A DNA stretch of 60,363 nucleotides from an uncultured Candidatus Saccharibacteria bacterium (GCA_964356795.1 CAYHIK010000006.1:10286-70648); one strand, 5' to 3'; counted from the stretch's first letter, positions 44,620 through 55,364 are shown. Numbers and translations: made by a program. Notes: generated by a model not told the origin, from the letters alone.

Positions 44620-44703
44620 TGCTCGGGGGGAGAGTTGAACTCCCACGGGATTGCTCCCACCAGCTCCTAAGGCTGGCGCGTCTGCCAATTTCGCCACCCG
44701 AGC
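44620..44703 (-). tRNA. tRNA-Leu(UAG)
   Basis: Reverse complement is GCUCGGG..CCAGC-CUUAGGA-GCUGG, a long variable arm, then GGGAG-UUCAACU-CUCCC-CCCGAGC-A. Confidence 0.85.
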
Positions 44704-44725
44704 AAAACGCTTCGCTTGCCATCAT

Positions 44726-44759
44726 ACCACAAACCCCGCAAAAGCGCGGGGTTTGTGGT
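44726..44759. terminator. Bidirectional intrinsic terminator
   Basis: ACCACAAACCCCGC-AAAA-GCGCGGGGUUUGUGGU. Confidence 0.7.
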
Positions 44760-44777
44760 ATTCGTAGCTACGAATGA

Positions 44778-45131
44778 CTAGCCGACATTCAGGCCACGAT
44801 TGATGAAGCCTGCGATGGTGTTCACAAGCAAGCCAACTGCTAACATAGCAAACAATCCAATAGCTGCATTCTTCATAATACCCGTAGCGGATGCGTCTCC
44901 CGTTGCGTACTTGATTGCGCCCCAGACAAACATACCAATGGCAATGATGACACTAATGGTAACAATGTATTGTACAACCTGATTAACAAGGTCAACAACT
45001 GATTGTCCGGTTAATGCCTGTCCTCCGGTACCGGGCGGGACGGTTGGCAACGTAACAGCCAACGCCAGGGATGGCGCCAATGCTAGTGCGAGAACCGATG
45101 CGACCACTGCATATTGTGTGATTCGTTTCAT
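44778..45131 (-). CDS. T4SS-pilin-like (TrbC/VirB2-like) small membrane protein
   Basis: Signal peptide, then two TM helices flanking a short polar loop (YATGDASATG). Confidence 0.5.
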   Translation of the reverse strand: MKRITQYAVVASVLALALAPSLALAVTLPTVPPGTGGQALTGQSVVDLVNQVVQYIVTISVIIAIGMFVWGAIKYATGDASATGIMKNAAIGLFAMLAVGLLVNTIAGFINRGLNVG

Positions 45132-45170
45132 AGCGACACCCCCTTTCTAGCGAAAAATCCTAGATACATC

Positions 45171-45530
45171 CTAAAGGACGTTAAATGGATTGTCCGCAAA
45201 TGCACTTATCGTAGCGATAATGATGCCAGCGCCAAGGATAATCGCTAACCCTATCATAGCATTCGTGAGAACATTCTTTCCCTCAGTAAATCGTCCACTA
45301 TCTGAGCCCGCCGTTGCCATCACGAATCCGCCATACACCAGAAATCCAATAGCGATGAGGATGGCAATTTCACCCAATATCGTGAATACATCCTCTGCAA
45401 GCGTTAAAATCTTGCCAAGCGTAATCGGCTCCGCAGCTAATGCAATCGCTGGCGCACACATAATCGAAAAAATACTGAGTGCGACAATATATGGATAGAG
45501 ACGCTTCATATAAGTAAGTATATCATGCAA
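45171..45530 (-). CDS. T4SS-pilin-like small membrane protein
   Basis: Same architecture; loop ATAGSDSGRF. Confidence 0.5.
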   Translation of the reverse strand: MHDILTYMKRLYPYIVALSIFSIMCAPAIALAAEPITLGKILTLAEDVFTILGEIAILIAIGFLVYGGFVMATAGSDSGRFTEGKNVLTNAMIGLAIILGAGIIIATISAFADNPFNVL

Positions 45531-45534
45531 ACCG

Positions 45535-45849
45535 TTAACCCGTTAGTACGCCAACCGCATTTCGTATTGTCTCTACAATAACCCAGACACCAAAAATAAT
45601 CGTTGCGCCGATAAGCACCTTGAAAAGAGAATCCTTGGCTGCGCTAAACGCGCCCGCATCCCCGCGCGACATCGCCATTCGAAGACCATAATAAATAATC
45701 ATTGCCGTCGCAAGAAGTTCACCAAAAATAATCGCGTTCTTAATCAAGTAGTATACGATGTCGACGAGTCGATCATATGTAAATTCACCGCCCGCCGTGG
45801 GGACGGTCGTCTCAATTGCAGCGAGAAGTTGGGAGTTATTGTCCAGCAT
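45535..45849 (-). CDS. T4SS-pilin-like small membrane protein
   Basis: Same core; loop AMSRGDAGAF. Confidence 0.45.
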   Translation of the reverse strand: MLDNNSQLLAAIETTVPTAGGEFTYDRLVDIVYYLIKNAIIFGELLATAMIIYYGLRMAMSRGDAGAFSAAKDSLFKVLIGATIIFGVWVIVETIRNAVGVLTG

Positions 45850-46147
45850 TTATAATACTCTTAATGAGGTCGACGAATCCGCCCCCGATTAGGATAACGA
45901 CGAGTCCGATGGTCGTATAGGTGGCAATCGATTTTGCCTTACTCACATTTTCTGGCTTTGCCCCCGCAGTCAGCATAAGCACCCCCGCCCAGATATACAT
46001 AAGCACGGCCACGGGAATGGCGAGCTCGAGAAGTCGTGAACTGAGCGTCTTACCAAGCTCTGCAAGGTCGCCCGATCCAAGCGGATTTTCAATCTTAAAC
46101 GTGCTTCCTGTCGCGGCAACTTTTGCAATCGTTCCTCTCTTATTCAT
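45836..46147 (-). CDS. T4SS-pilin-like small membrane protein
   Basis: Same core; loop LTAGAKPENV. Overlaps the neighbouring gene by 14 nt. Confidence 0.45.
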   Translation of the reverse strand: MNKRGTIAKVAATGSTFKIENPLGSGDLAELGKTLSSRLLELAIPVAVLMYIWAGVLMLTAGAKPENVSKAKSIATYTTIGLVVILIGGGFVDLIKSIINAGQ

Positions 46148-46180
46148 GTGGGTATAGTATATCGCGCCTGCAATATCCGT

Positions 46181-47260
46181 CTATGGCATGGGGGGCGAAA
46201 TAAGCCCTGGAAACATTTTTACATCGGTATCACAGTCAGCGCTACTCACATGCGTGTGATCTCGCTCAAAATTGAGCATCTTCACGCTACAATTTCTATT
46301 GATGATAGTGCGGTGGATTTCAGTCAGCAGCCCCTGCTCCCCCGTCGCCGTTCTGCACGCACCCGGCTTCAGTCTTGCCTCACCATTGACAGCAACCGTA
46401 CACTCTGGCTGTTCTATTATGGCCCCGGTAAACACCCTTCGCGTCGCCGTCACATAATTCACCGTCTTTCCGTTCCAATTAAAGTCTACCGCTTGAGCCC
46501 CAAGAGTCCCCGTCTTTCCGCCATAGTGGCACGAATTTTCGGCGTGAGCACACATGCCGCATACACGCATTCCACGAGTTAGGTTGCACTCGGGATTATC
46601 TCGTTCATAGGTATACAAGTCTTTTCGCGGAACGGAAAGGGCTGTAACGATTGGATCTGCAAGAATACACGTTATCACTTGCTGTAGCATAGGAGACTCC
46701 GCCGTCGCGCCTGCGGGCGTGTTGTATTCTTTCGAAAGATTTTCTCCATCGCATGCCGCCTTGAGTGCGGCAACCAATTCTGGAGCTGGCTCATTTCCGC
46801 GACGCGCTGGCGCGACTGCCGGCGCAGCCTTCATTTCGGAGCTTCCCGAACTCTGCAAGAATGCGGGACACGAGAACTCATACCACGTATCAAACTCGTT
46901 CCCCTTCGCAAGCGATTTAATTACGAAATTCGTAATCATCCACGAGAGCAAGATGATTGCGATGCCATAGAGCGTATTCGTGAGCATCGCTTTGCCATTG
47001 TTGAACATACCCGGATCACCGCGACTCAAGAGCATGGTGCCACCCGCCACCACAATCATAAACGCAGCAACGGGACCCGTGACTCCATAGAGCACGAAGT
47101 CGATGAGACGCTTGAACGTGGCGAATAAGTCACACGGTGTGCACGGCGTGCTCCCCGTGCCACACTGGACGATAGGGAGCCACTCAACCGCCCCCGCAGC
47201 GGCAGGCAAAAGCACGGCGAATCCGACAAGAAGCACTATGAGTATACGTCGAGAAGTCAT
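46181..47260 (-). CDS. Pilin-like N-terminal module fused to a Cys-rich extracellular domain
   Basis: N-terminus matches the paralogs (loop LSRGDPGMFN). The C-terminal 200 aa has about 12 Cys plus ..AQAVDF.. and ERDHTHVS. This is a weak resemblance to LAS/hedgehog-type Zn hydrolases. Confidence 0.45.
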   Translation of the reverse strand: MTSRRILIVLLVGFAVLLPAAAGAVEWLPIVQCGTGSTPCTPCDLFATFKRLIDFVLYGVTGPVAAFMIVVAGGTMLLSRGDPGMFNNGKAMLTNTLYGIAIILLSWMITNFVIKSLAKGNEFDTWYEFSCPAFLQSSGSSEMKAAPAVAPARRGNEPAPELVAALKAACDGENLSKEYNTPAGATAESPMLQQVITCILADPIVTALSVPRKDLYTYERDNPECNLTRGMRVCGMCAHAENSCHYGGKTGTLGAQAVDFNWNGKTVNYVTATRRVFTGAIIEQPECTVAVNGEARLKPGACRTATGEQGLLTEIHRTIINRNCSVKMLNFERDHTHVSSADCDTDVKMFPGLISPPMP

Positions 47261-47261
47261 A

Positions 47262-48593
47262 CTAGCGATTCATCAAAACCGAAACCTTATTCTCTGCCTC
47301 ACGAAGCGCAGCCTGGACCGTCTGGCGCCCCAAGTTCACACTATCAATCATATTTGCAAAGATTGTCTCAATTGCGACGTTATCAATCTGATACCATGAC
47401 CGCGCAGAGAGCGCCTGCTCCGCAAACACGCCGAGATCTGCATCTGATTTCTGGGAGTCAATAATATCTTTCCGCGCCGATGGCCTATTTGCTTTGTTGA
47501 GATACGGAACCGTGCCCTCACCCGCCGCCAAGAAGTGCACCAACCTCCACGCCTGCATGGAATTGGCGGAATTCAACGAAACAACGAGTGGCCAGTAGTT
47601 CGCATAGGTGCGCACATCGGCAATACTCGCCTGAGGCACCTGCGCTACGGCCCAGTTAAGGCGTGGCGCTTTTTCGCGCAATACGGGAATCTGGTGCGAG
47701 TAATTAATCATCATCGCAACATCCCCCTGAGCAAACGCATCGATTGAATAATGCATTGTGTCATTCCAGGTGTACACCTCGCGCTCAGGCTTTGCGTACT
47801 GCGTATAATTCTCAAGCGCACGCTCGCCCACATTCGTCCCCTCAACGGAGCGCGAGAACGTGGCCTCGGAGCCATCGTCTTTTGTCATCTGAACACCCGA
47901 TTGCAACATGAGCATCATGAGAATGTCGGTCGAGCGGTTGATGTTGCGGGCGGTTCCGATTGCGGCTCCTGAGCGCGTGATATTGCGACTCGCATCGTAC
48001 GTTGTAATTTTAGCAACGTCTTCTAAGAACTCGGCCCACGTCTTGGGTGGTTGCGAAATACCAGCTGATGCAAACATGTCCTTGTTGTAATACAACGCGA
48101 GCGTATCAACATAGAGAGGGAGCCCATAGATATTCCCATCGTTGACGAGGTCGTACGCTGCGACGTCGACGAAGAGATCATTGAACTGCCGCACCGTCAT
48201 GAGCGGCGCATTCGTACCCGGCATCTTCGCGGGCATAGGGAGTATTTTGTCGATGTGCTTGGGCAGCCATGTGTCATGCATCATCCACACGTCTGGCCCA
48301 CGACCAGCTGCGAGCGCATTGAGCACGGCCTGCTCGTATTCCTGGGGGCTAAACACCGTATAATTTATCTTCGTACCCTTGTTTGCGGTCTCGAACGCTT
48401 TGAATGCATCGTCGAAAAGCGTGCGATCATCGAATACGCCCCACACCTCGAGCGTCACGTCCCCTCCACCCGTATCCCCTCCTCCAAAGCTCATGAAGAC
48501 GAATATAATCGTAATGAATACCATGAGCGCAATTGCGCCCCCCATGATATAGGTAAGCTTCCTCGAGTCCGATACGAATTCAGAAATATTCAT
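47262..48593 (-). CDS. Membrane-anchored ABC-type solute-binding protein (family 1, sugar-type)
   Basis: TM anchor, then a typical SBP_bac_1-like sequence. No permease or ATPase nearby. Confidence 0.7.
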   Translation of the reverse strand: MNISEFVSDSRKLTYIMGGAIALMVFITIIFVFMSFGGGDTGGGDVTLEVWGVFDDRTLFDDAFKAFETANKGTKINYTVFSPQEYEQAVLNALAAGRGPDVWMMHDTWLPKHIDKILPMPAKMPGTNAPLMTVRQFNDLFVDVAAYDLVNDGNIYGLPLYVDTLALYYNKDMFASAGISQPPKTWAEFLEDVAKITTYDASRNITRSGAAIGTARNINRSTDILMMLMLQSGVQMTKDDGSEATFSRSVEGTNVGERALENYTQYAKPEREVYTWNDTMHYSIDAFAQGDVAMMINYSHQIPVLREKAPRLNWAVAQVPQASIADVRTYANYWPLVVSLNSANSMQAWRLVHFLAAGEGTVPYLNKANRPSARKDIIDSQKSDADLGVFAEQALSARSWYQIDNVAIETIFANMIDSVNLGRQTVQAALREAENKVSVLMNR

Positions 48594-48596
48594 GCG

Positions 48597-49145
48597 CTAT
48601 TTTATATACACCGCGCCCGTATAATACGCACCGACATCGAGTGCTCGCCCGTATTTCGCGCCAGCGGATTCGACGAGCCGACGTAGGTCGTCTTCTGATG
48701 TGCGAGATTCGTCAGGTGGCCCAAACCCTGGAACGCCTTTTTTCCAATCAATCACAACGATGTTCCCACCAGGCTTGAGCATACGCATCCCCTCCGAAAG
48801 TATCGCCTCTTTCTTCTGAGACTGAAAAAGCACATTTGCAATGAGCACGATGTCTTGGCTTGCGTCGGGAATTTTAGTGCCTCCCAGCACCTCTAAATCG
48901 GCACGTATGGTGCGTACATTTTGAAGTCCAAGCGCATCACCGCGCGACTGCACCGACTGCAGTGGCTCCTGCATAACATCAACCGCGGATACGACGCCGT
49001 CGCGCCCCACCGCTTGCGCAAGTGACAGTGTAAAATAGCCGGAACCGCAGCCGAGATCGGCAACGTGGCGCCCCTGCAAACCACCGAGAGATGACACGAT
49101 ACGTTGCGTGTCTAAAAATGCACCAGCAGTAGGAAGTTGTACCAT
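48597..49145 (-). CDS. Class I SAM-dependent methyltransferase
   Basis: VADLGCGSGYFT motif I. Confidence 0.75.
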   Translation of the reverse strand: MVQLPTAGAFLDTQRIVSSLGGLQGRHVADLGCGSGYFTLSLAQAVGRDGVVSAVDVMQEPLQSVQSRGDALGLQNVRTIRADLEVLGGTKIPDASQDIVLIANVLFQSQKKEAILSEGMRMLKPGGNIVVIDWKKGVPGFGPPDESRTSEDDLRRLVESAGAKYGRALDVGAYYTGAVYIK

Positions 49146-49219
49146 TCCTAAATCATACCACCATCAACCGAAAAAGCGGTGCGAGGTTACCCACACGATG
49201 TAGCCTACGGCGTATTCTA

Positions 49220-49343
49220 CGATATAAAATCTCGGCGTGCCTTCATGAGGGACTTTCGGAGCGCGATGGCGCGAGAACGAGACGACCCGCCAGTAAGGCG
49301 GGGACGTCGTGCCCGAATGGGGGCATGCTGAGATTTTATATCG
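49220..49343. repeat. 124-nt element closed by a perfect 14-bp inverted repeat, GC-rich three-way-junction core
   Basis: CGATATAAAATCTC (49220-33) pairs with GAGATTTTATATCG (49330-43). The stem continues as GCGTGCC/GGCATGC and TTCAT/ATGGG. Internal hairpins GCGC-GATG-GCGC and ACGAC-CCGCC-AGTAA-GGCGG..GTCGT. It abuts the gyrA stop codon. Confidence 0.6.
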
Positions 49344-51809
49344 CTAGAACAACACAACCGATGCGACCTCATCGCTGCCATCGAGGCGCATAATGCGTAC
49401 GCCCTGTGTGGCGCGACCGAGTTTGGGAACTTCTTTGATTGAAGTGCGGATCACCTGCCCCTTCTTGGAGACCGCAATAAATTCTTCGTTTTCTTCGGTG
49501 ATGACATGCGCTGACACCAGTCGCCCCGTCTTCGTGGTGATGTTTGCGGTGAGGATACCAACACCTCCACGATGTTGTACTTTGTATTCCTTTACTTCGG
49601 TCTTCTTACCATATCCATTCGCCATCACCGCCATCAATGTGAGTCCTTTTTCGGCGCTGGCATGTATGACGTCGGCACCAACGAGCTTATCGTCAGTCTC
49701 AAGTCGCATCCCAAGCACGCCACCTGCTGTGCGACCCATGGGGCGCACATCTTTCTCACTGAATCGAATCGCAGAACCCGTCGCCGTTGTCATAATGATT
49801 TGGTCGCCTCCCGAGGTGCTCAACACCCACCCTAGACGATCGTCGCCCTTGAGGTTGATTGCGAGAATGCCATTCTTGCGAACATTCGAGAATGCATCCA
49901 TGGGAACTTTCTTGATGACTCCCTTGGTTGTCGCCATAAAGAGAAACATTCCCTTTTGTTCCTTTTGTTTCGGAAGCGGCACAACCGCTGTGATTGAATC
50001 GTTTGCTGTTACCTGGAGGAAGTTCGTAATTGCGCGACCCTTTGATTGGCGGCTTGCCTCGGGCACTTCGTATCCGCGAATCTGGAACACTTTCCCAGAG
50101 TTCGTGAAGAAGAGCACATTGTCGTGTGTGTTCGCCAAGAAGAAATGATTAATGACATCCTCTTCTTTTGTCGCCATGCCGCCCACACCCTTACCCCCAC
50201 GCTTTTGCGCGTGAAGCTCGTCGGGTGGAAGGCGCTTGATGTATCCGCCCAGCGTAATCATGAAAAGCGCGTCTTCTTCTGGCACGAGCTCCTCATCGCC
50301 AATCTCGCGAAGCGCTGTCTTAATGATGCGCGTGCGTCGCTCGTCGCCATACTTCTCGCGGAGCTCCGTGAATTCCTTCTTCACGACTGCCATAAGCTTC
50401 TTGGTTGATTTCAGGAGGTCTTCGAGGAACGCGATAAGCTCGCGCTTCTCGCGAAGCTCGTCTTCGATTTTCTTGCGCTCGAGTCCAGCAAGCGACTGAA
50501 GGCGCATCTCCAAGATTGCGTTTGTTTGTTTATCAGAAAACTTGAACTGCTTCATCAAATTCCCAAATGCATCCTCGCGAGTGGGCGACCTCTTGATAAC
50601 CTTGATGATTTCGTCGATGTGGTCGAGCGCCTTGGAGAGACCCTCGAGAATGTGCGCCCTATCCTTTGCCTTTGCGAGGTCGTACATACTGCGACGACGC
50701 ACCACAACCTGGCGGTGCTCGATGAACTTTTCGAGAATATTCTTGAGACTCATCGTCTGCGGCTGGATACCATCGGAAAGCGCGAGCATGTTGAAGTGGA
50801 ACGTCTTTTGGAGTTCTGTCCACTTGTAGAGCGAGTTCAACACCTTCTTGGGGAAGGAATCCTGCTTGAGCTCAATGACGATACGCATACCCTGTCGGTC
50901 TGATTCGTCGCGAATATCTCGAATACCGTCGAGCTTCTTTTCCTTCACGAGGTCTGCAATTTTGATGATGAGCTCCGCCTTGTTTACCTGGTACGGAATC
51001 TCGGTGATAATAATCTGCTGTCCGCGCTTCCCCTCCGAAATCTCGGCAACGCCGCGCGTGACCACAGGGCCACGACCCGTTGCGTACGCATTGAGGATAT
51101 CCTTCTCATTGTAAATTGCGCCTCCTGTCGGAAAGTCGGGCCCCTGGATAAATCTGCTCAACTCTTTTACGTCTGCATCGGGATTCTCAATGAGATGCAT
51201 GAGGCCGTCGAGCACCTCGCCAAGATTATGAGGCGGAATGTTGGTCGCCATACCCACCGCAATACCCATCGAGCCATTAATCAAAAGGTTGGGAATTTTT
51301 GCGGGAAGCACTGATGGTTCCCTGCGCGAGCCGTCATAGTTCGGACGAAAATCAACCGTATCTTTTTCAATATCGGTGAGCATCTCATCACTGATGCGTG
51401 CCAGTCGCGCCTCGGTGTAGCGCATAGCAGCCGCTGAGTCGCCATCGATTGAGCCAAAGTTTCCCTGCCCCTGCACAAGCGGATAGCGCAATGAGAAGTC
51501 CTGCGCCATACGTACGAGGGAGTCGTAAATCGCCGAGTCGCCGTGTGGATGGTAGCGTCCCATGACTTCTCCAACGGTGTTCGCTGACTTGCGAAGCTTG
51601 GAGCCCGCTGCATTGCCTGACTCCCACATGCCCCACAAAATACGGCGATGCACCGGCTTCAAGCCGTCGCGTACATCGGGGAGTGCGCGAGACACGATCA
51701 CCGACATTGCATAGTCGAGATACGACTTCTGAATTTCAGCAGTAATCTCCCTCAAAGGAGAGGGAGTAGATACGGTTGGTTCTTCGGGTGTGCGTGTTCG
51801 TTTTGCCAT
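49344..51809 (-). CDS. gyrA: DNA gyrase subunit A
   Basis: [19 protein letters not shown]-terminal beta-pinwheel repeats. Confidence 0.95.
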   Translation of the reverse strand: MAKRTRTPEEPTVSTPSPLREITAEIQKSYLDYAMSVIVSRALPDVRDGLKPVHRRILWGMWESGNAAGSKLRKSANTVGEVMGRYHPHGDSAIYDSLVRMAQDFSLRYPLVQGQGNFGSIDGDSAAAMRYTEARLARISDEMLTDIEKDTVDFRPNYDGSRREPSVLPAKIPNLLINGSMGIAVGMATNIPPHNLGEVLDGLMHLIENPDADVKELSRFIQGPDFPTGGAIYNEKDILNAYATGRGPVVTRGVAEISEGKRGQQIIITEIPYQVNKAELIIKIADLVKEKKLDGIRDIRDESDRQGMRIVIELKQDSFPKKVLNSLYKWTELQKTFHFNMLALSDGIQPQTMSLKNILEKFIEHRQVVVRRRSMYDLAKAKDRAHILEGLSKALDHIDEIIKVIKRSPTREDAFGNLMKQFKFSDKQTNAILEMRLQSLAGLERKKIEDELREKRELIAFLEDLLKSTKKLMAVVKKEFTELREKYGDERRTRIIKTALREIGDEELVPEEDALFMITLGGYIKRLPPDELHAQKRGGKGVGGMATKEEDVINHFFLANTHDNVLFFTNSGKVFQIRGYEVPEASRQSKGRAITNFLQVTANDSITAVVPLPKQKEQKGMFLFMATTKGVIKKVPMDAFSNVRKNGILAINLKGDDRLGWVLSTSGGDQIIMTTATGSAIRFSEKDVRPMGRTAGGVLGMRLETDDKLVGADVIHASAEKGLTLMAVMANGYGKKTEVKEYKVQHRGGVGILTANITTKTGRLVSAHVITEENEEFIAVSKKGQVIRTSIKEVPKLGRATQGVRIMRLDGSDEVASVVLF

Positions 51810-51826
51810 AGAAATGAAAAAAGTCC

Positions 51827-52171
51827 CTACTGTGACAACGGGAGCAGATGTACCCCGCCTCGATTATTGTCTTGATTCTCGGTCCTGTCAAAACCAGCAT
51901 CCGGCTCCCATCCCAACAGCGACCCTATCTGTGCGGTGAGTGAGCCCGCAATCCGTGCAAGCGCCACAAACGGCTTTGGAGCGCGCGCCTCTTGCTGTGC
52001 TAAGAAATCTGCTCGCTCCTGCTCGTCGGTATGAATGGCAAGGAATGCATTTCGTTGAATCGATGAGATGCCAAAATATCCAACCACGGAAATCACGATA
52101 ATCATCGAGAGCGCGAAGAGTGTGTAGCGCACCACGGGACGCTGTTGATGAATTTCGTGAATGAGTGACAT
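51827..52171 (-). CDS. Small membrane-anchored protein (hypothetical)
   Basis: Single TM segment; upstream of gyrA on the same strand. Confidence 0.45.
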   Translation of the reverse strand: MSLIHEIHQQRPVVRYTLFALSMIIVISVVGYFGISSIQRNAFLAIHTDEQERADFLAQQEARAPKPFVALARIAGSLTAQIGSLLGWEPDAGFDRTENQDNNRGGVHLLPLSQ

Positions 52172-52182
52172 AGCGAAACGGA

Positions 52183-52821
52183 TTACACCTCCAGCACAAT
52201 GAGTTGCGTCTGATCAACGGGGAGCGCCTTCTTGGCAATGCGCAACTTATCCATCTTCTCCACGGTGAGCCCCATCTCGTGGGTAAACTTGTCGAGCTTC
52301 TCTGCGGCGTATGATGCTCCGGGAACTGCATACATGATGGGAACGATAATCTTCGGCTCAATCTGCATCGCAAGCGCTGCGGCTTCTTTTGGATGAAGCG
52401 CGCTCTGTCCGCCCGCGGGAATGAAGAGGATGTCTGGATCACCAATCGCTTCGAGTTGTTCAGCGGTCAGCGATTCTTGGCCGAGCGCCCCCAAGTGACA
52501 GATGGTCATATCCTCTGCGACGATCATATAGATAGTACATAGGCCTAATTCTTTTCCCTTCTGACTATCCGCATACGCGACGAATCCCTTGACCGCGATT
52601 CCCTTGCGTTCGTACTCGCCAGGGCCTCGAATCACGAATGCGTCATCATTGATGCGTTCCAGAACCCCCTTTGTAGGCGCGTACTCGCTGATAAGCACGA
52701 GGTCATCCTTTATATTGGGGCCTCGGAGTCCAACCTCTTTCGGATCGAACGGGTCGATTAAGATACTGCCCTCTTTTGATTCAATGCGGATACATCGTCC
52801 GCCGTACCAGGAGATATTCAT
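52183..52821 (-). CDS. MBL-fold metal-dependent hydrolase (UPF0173-like)
   Basis: MNISWYGGRCIRIES..ILIDPF. ATG 52821. Confidence 0.65.
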   Translation of the reverse strand: MNISWYGGRCIRIESKEGSILIDPFDPKEVGLRGPNIKDDLVLISEYAPTKGVLERINDDAFVIRGPGEYERKGIAVKGFVAYADSQKGKELGLCTIYMIVAEDMTICHLGALGQESLTAEQLEAIGDPDILFIPAGGQSALHPKEAAALAMQIEPKIIVPIMYAVPGASYAAEKLDKFTHEMGLTVEKMDKLRIAKKALPVDQTQLIVLEV

Positions 52822-52944
52822 ATCGGACAAATCATACCAGAAAATAGGACACATTCAACCCTTGCGTATTGCTGATTTATCATGTATATTACGCACCGGT
52901 CTCAAGAGTCGCCAAAGTGTGACGGAGAGACATTTTTCATTCGT

Positions 52945-54027
52945 ATGGCTCAAGCACCAACCGTAAAAACAATGAAGGACCTTCTTGCAAAAGAAGAGTT
53001 CCAGCTGCCCCGCGCCGGTCAGATTTTGACAGGCATCGTCATCAGCGTCTCAAAGTCCAACGTCTTACTCGACCTGGGCGCCGCAGGAATTGGTATCGTG
53101 TATCCAGGTCAGTTTTATGACAATCCAGACCGCGTCCGCGCACTCAAGCCGGGCGAAGAGGTCACCGCAGTACTTCTCGAACTCGAAAACGAGGACGGCT
53201 ACCGCGAGTTGTCGCTCAAAGCAGCACAGCTCACCACATCATGGCAGCGCATCAAGGAATTGCGCGATGGTGGCACGGTTATCACCACAATTATTAGCAA
53301 TATAAATAAGGGAGGCCTTATCGTCCAAGTTGAGGGCGTCCAGGGATTCTTGCCACTCTCACAGCTCGCCAGCGAGCACTACCCCAAGGTTGAGGGCGGT
53401 GACACCACCAAGATCGTGCAGGCACTTCAGAAATTCAAAGGCCAGCCATTCAAGGTTAAGATTCTTGATTACAGCGAACAGGAGGGAAAGCTCATCGTCT
53501 CCGAGCGTGCAATCCAGGAAGAAGCAGCCAAAGGAGAAATCTCGAAGCTCGAAGCCGGGCAAACAGTTGAGGGTATCATCACGGAGGTTACCGACTTCGG
53601 AGCATTCGTTCGCCTTACTGATAATCTCGATGGCCTCATCCACTCGAGTGAAATCGACTGGAAGTTTGTCGAGGACCCGCGCCAGATTCTCAAAACAGGA
53701 GAAACGGTTCACGCAAAGATCATCAGTCTCGATGGAGGACGCGTTGCACTCTCCCTCAAAGCACTCCGCCCCGATCCATGGCTCACCGTTGAGGAGGCGT
53801 TCAAGGTTGGACAGAAAGTTTCAGGCACGGTTATCAAAATTCGCAGCAACGGCGCATTCGTTCAGTTGAACGAAGATATCGTCGGACTTCTTCCTACCAC
53901 GGAGTTTGGAGGACGCCCTGCCGCAGAGGTTGTGACCGTTGGCCAGAAATACTCCTGCGCCATTGTGAACATTGATCCCAAAGACCACAAATTGATTCTT
54001 ACGCTCGACCAGGAAAAAGAAGCGTAA
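52945..54027 (+). CDS. rpsA: 30S ribosomal protein S1 (four S1 domains)
   Basis: Repeated G..V.G.V..V...GAFV motifs. Confidence 0.8.
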   Translation: MAQAPTVKTMKDLLAKEEFQLPRAGQILTGIVISVSKSNVLLDLGAAGIGIVYPGQFYDNPDRVRALKPGEEVTAVLLELENEDGYRELSLKAAQLTTSWQRIKELRDGGTVITTIISNINKGGLIVQVEGVQGFLPLSQLASEHYPKVEGGDTTKIVQALQKFKGQPFKVKILDYSEQEGKLIVSERAIQEEAAKGEISKLEAGQTVEGIITEVTDFGAFVRLTDNLDGLIHSSEIDWKFVEDPRQILKTGETVHAKIISLDGGRVALSLKALRPDPWLTVEEAFKVGQKVSGTVIKIRSNGAFVQLNEDIVGLLPTTEFGGRPAAEVVTVGQKYSCAIVNIDPKDHKLILTLDQEKEA

Positions 54028-54086
54028 TCGTCTCTCGGAATATCTCGCACATAAAAAGCTCCCCGCCAAGGCGGGGAGCTGTGCGT

Positions 54087-55364
54087 TTAGAGGCTCACCA
54101 CTTCACCGACAATAGCCATTCGCCGAGCAGGCCCTCGTCCCCGCTCTGCCTCAACGAACGCCTGGATACGCGCACCCTCGCCGTGCACGTGCACAACTTC
54201 CTGAGGGTTCACCGCAATCTCCAGCGCTTTCATCTCGTCTTCCATCCCATGACTCGAGAGATGGAATCGATCCACGTCGCACATGCGAACGAAGTTTCCC
54301 GTGGGCAACTTCAGCGTCTGCCCTACGGAGTTGCTGTCTGCGATAATCCCGCCTGGCTGGCACGGATCCTGCCAGTTCACGAAGTAGATGGCACTGTCTT
54401 TATCACCCAGCACCGCGGTCGCCCACGTGTACGATGGCGTATTCGGCACCAGCATGCCAGAGCTTGCGATGACAACCATTGGGAACTCAGACTTCAGGAC
54501 GTCCTGCTGATGCTTCCAATGCTCGAACCTTCGCACGCCTTGGAGTGACTTCGTGCCGTCGGCGTAATCAAGATAGATCTGCACGGGTCGCGGACCGCCC
54601 ACAACCCACACAGGCCACTCGGATGGAATATCCGAACCATAGAACAATTCACAGATCTCAGGCATGCGATCGATGGAAAGCGTGGGAATGACCACGCGTC
54701 CACCCTGCTCAAGGATAGCTCTCGACTTTTCGAGAAGGCGCTCCTTCACCGCTGCGCGCTCCTCTTCCAAATACTGCCCGACGTACGTCGACTCGCGAAT
54801 CAGAAGTCGCGACTCCGCAATGTCAGGAACTTCTGCGCCGGGAATGAACCCGTGGTCTCGCAGACAGATGTCGCCTGTTGCGACGTACGACTCTCCACGA
54901 TATCGGAACACGAGCCCTACTGCGCCAAGAATGTGCCCCGCAGGAAATGCCGTGACTGACACTTCATCGGTGAGATGCACTTCTTGGTGAGGAAGGAGTC
55001 GCTTCACGCGACGAGACGCGGCGGCAACATCTTCTTTCGAGAACGGCTCGGGACGACGGTTGATGTGAGAGATGTTGATTTCATCCTCCCAAATCCATCG
55101 CGCCAAGGCCATCGTCTCAAACGTCGCCCAGCACCGCATCTTCGGCCATCGCGCAATCGCCCGAGGAAGCATCCCCGCGTGATCGCGGTGCGCATGCGTA
55201 ATGAACAGCGCGTCCAACGAACCCTCGAAGCGCGGCTCATCCTCCCCTTCACGAATCCCCGCACCGTAGTCAATGCCAACTCGGTACGAACCGAACTGCA
55301 ACACGTGACAACTTGGCCCGATGCTGTTGGCACTACCCCACGACGTGAAGGCGACATCAGTCAT
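54087..55364 (-). CDS. MBL/beta-CASP family ribonuclease
   Basis: FITHAHRDHAG (HxHxDH). GAGGAG RBS upstream of ATG 55364. Confidence 0.7.
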   Translation of the reverse strand: MTDVAFTSWGSANSIGPSCHVLQFGSYRVGIDYGAGIREGEDEPRFEGSLDALFITHAHRDHAGMLPRAIARWPKMRCWATFETMALARWIWEDEINISHINRRPEPFSKEDVAAASRRVKRLLPHQEVHLTDEVSVTAFPAGHILGAVGLVFRYRGESYVATGDICLRDHGFIPGAEVPDIAESRLLIRESTYVGQYLEEERAAVKERLLEKSRAILEQGGRVVIPTLSIDRMPEICELFYGSDIPSEWPVWVVGGPRPVQIYLDYADGTKSLQGVRRFEHWKHQQDVLKSEFPMVVIASSGMLVPNTPSYTWATAVLGDKDSAIYFVNWQDPCQPGGIIADSNSVGQTLKLPTGNFVRMCDVDRFHLSSHGMEDEMKALEIAVNPQEVVHVHGEGARIQAFVEAERGRGPARRMAIVGEVVSL

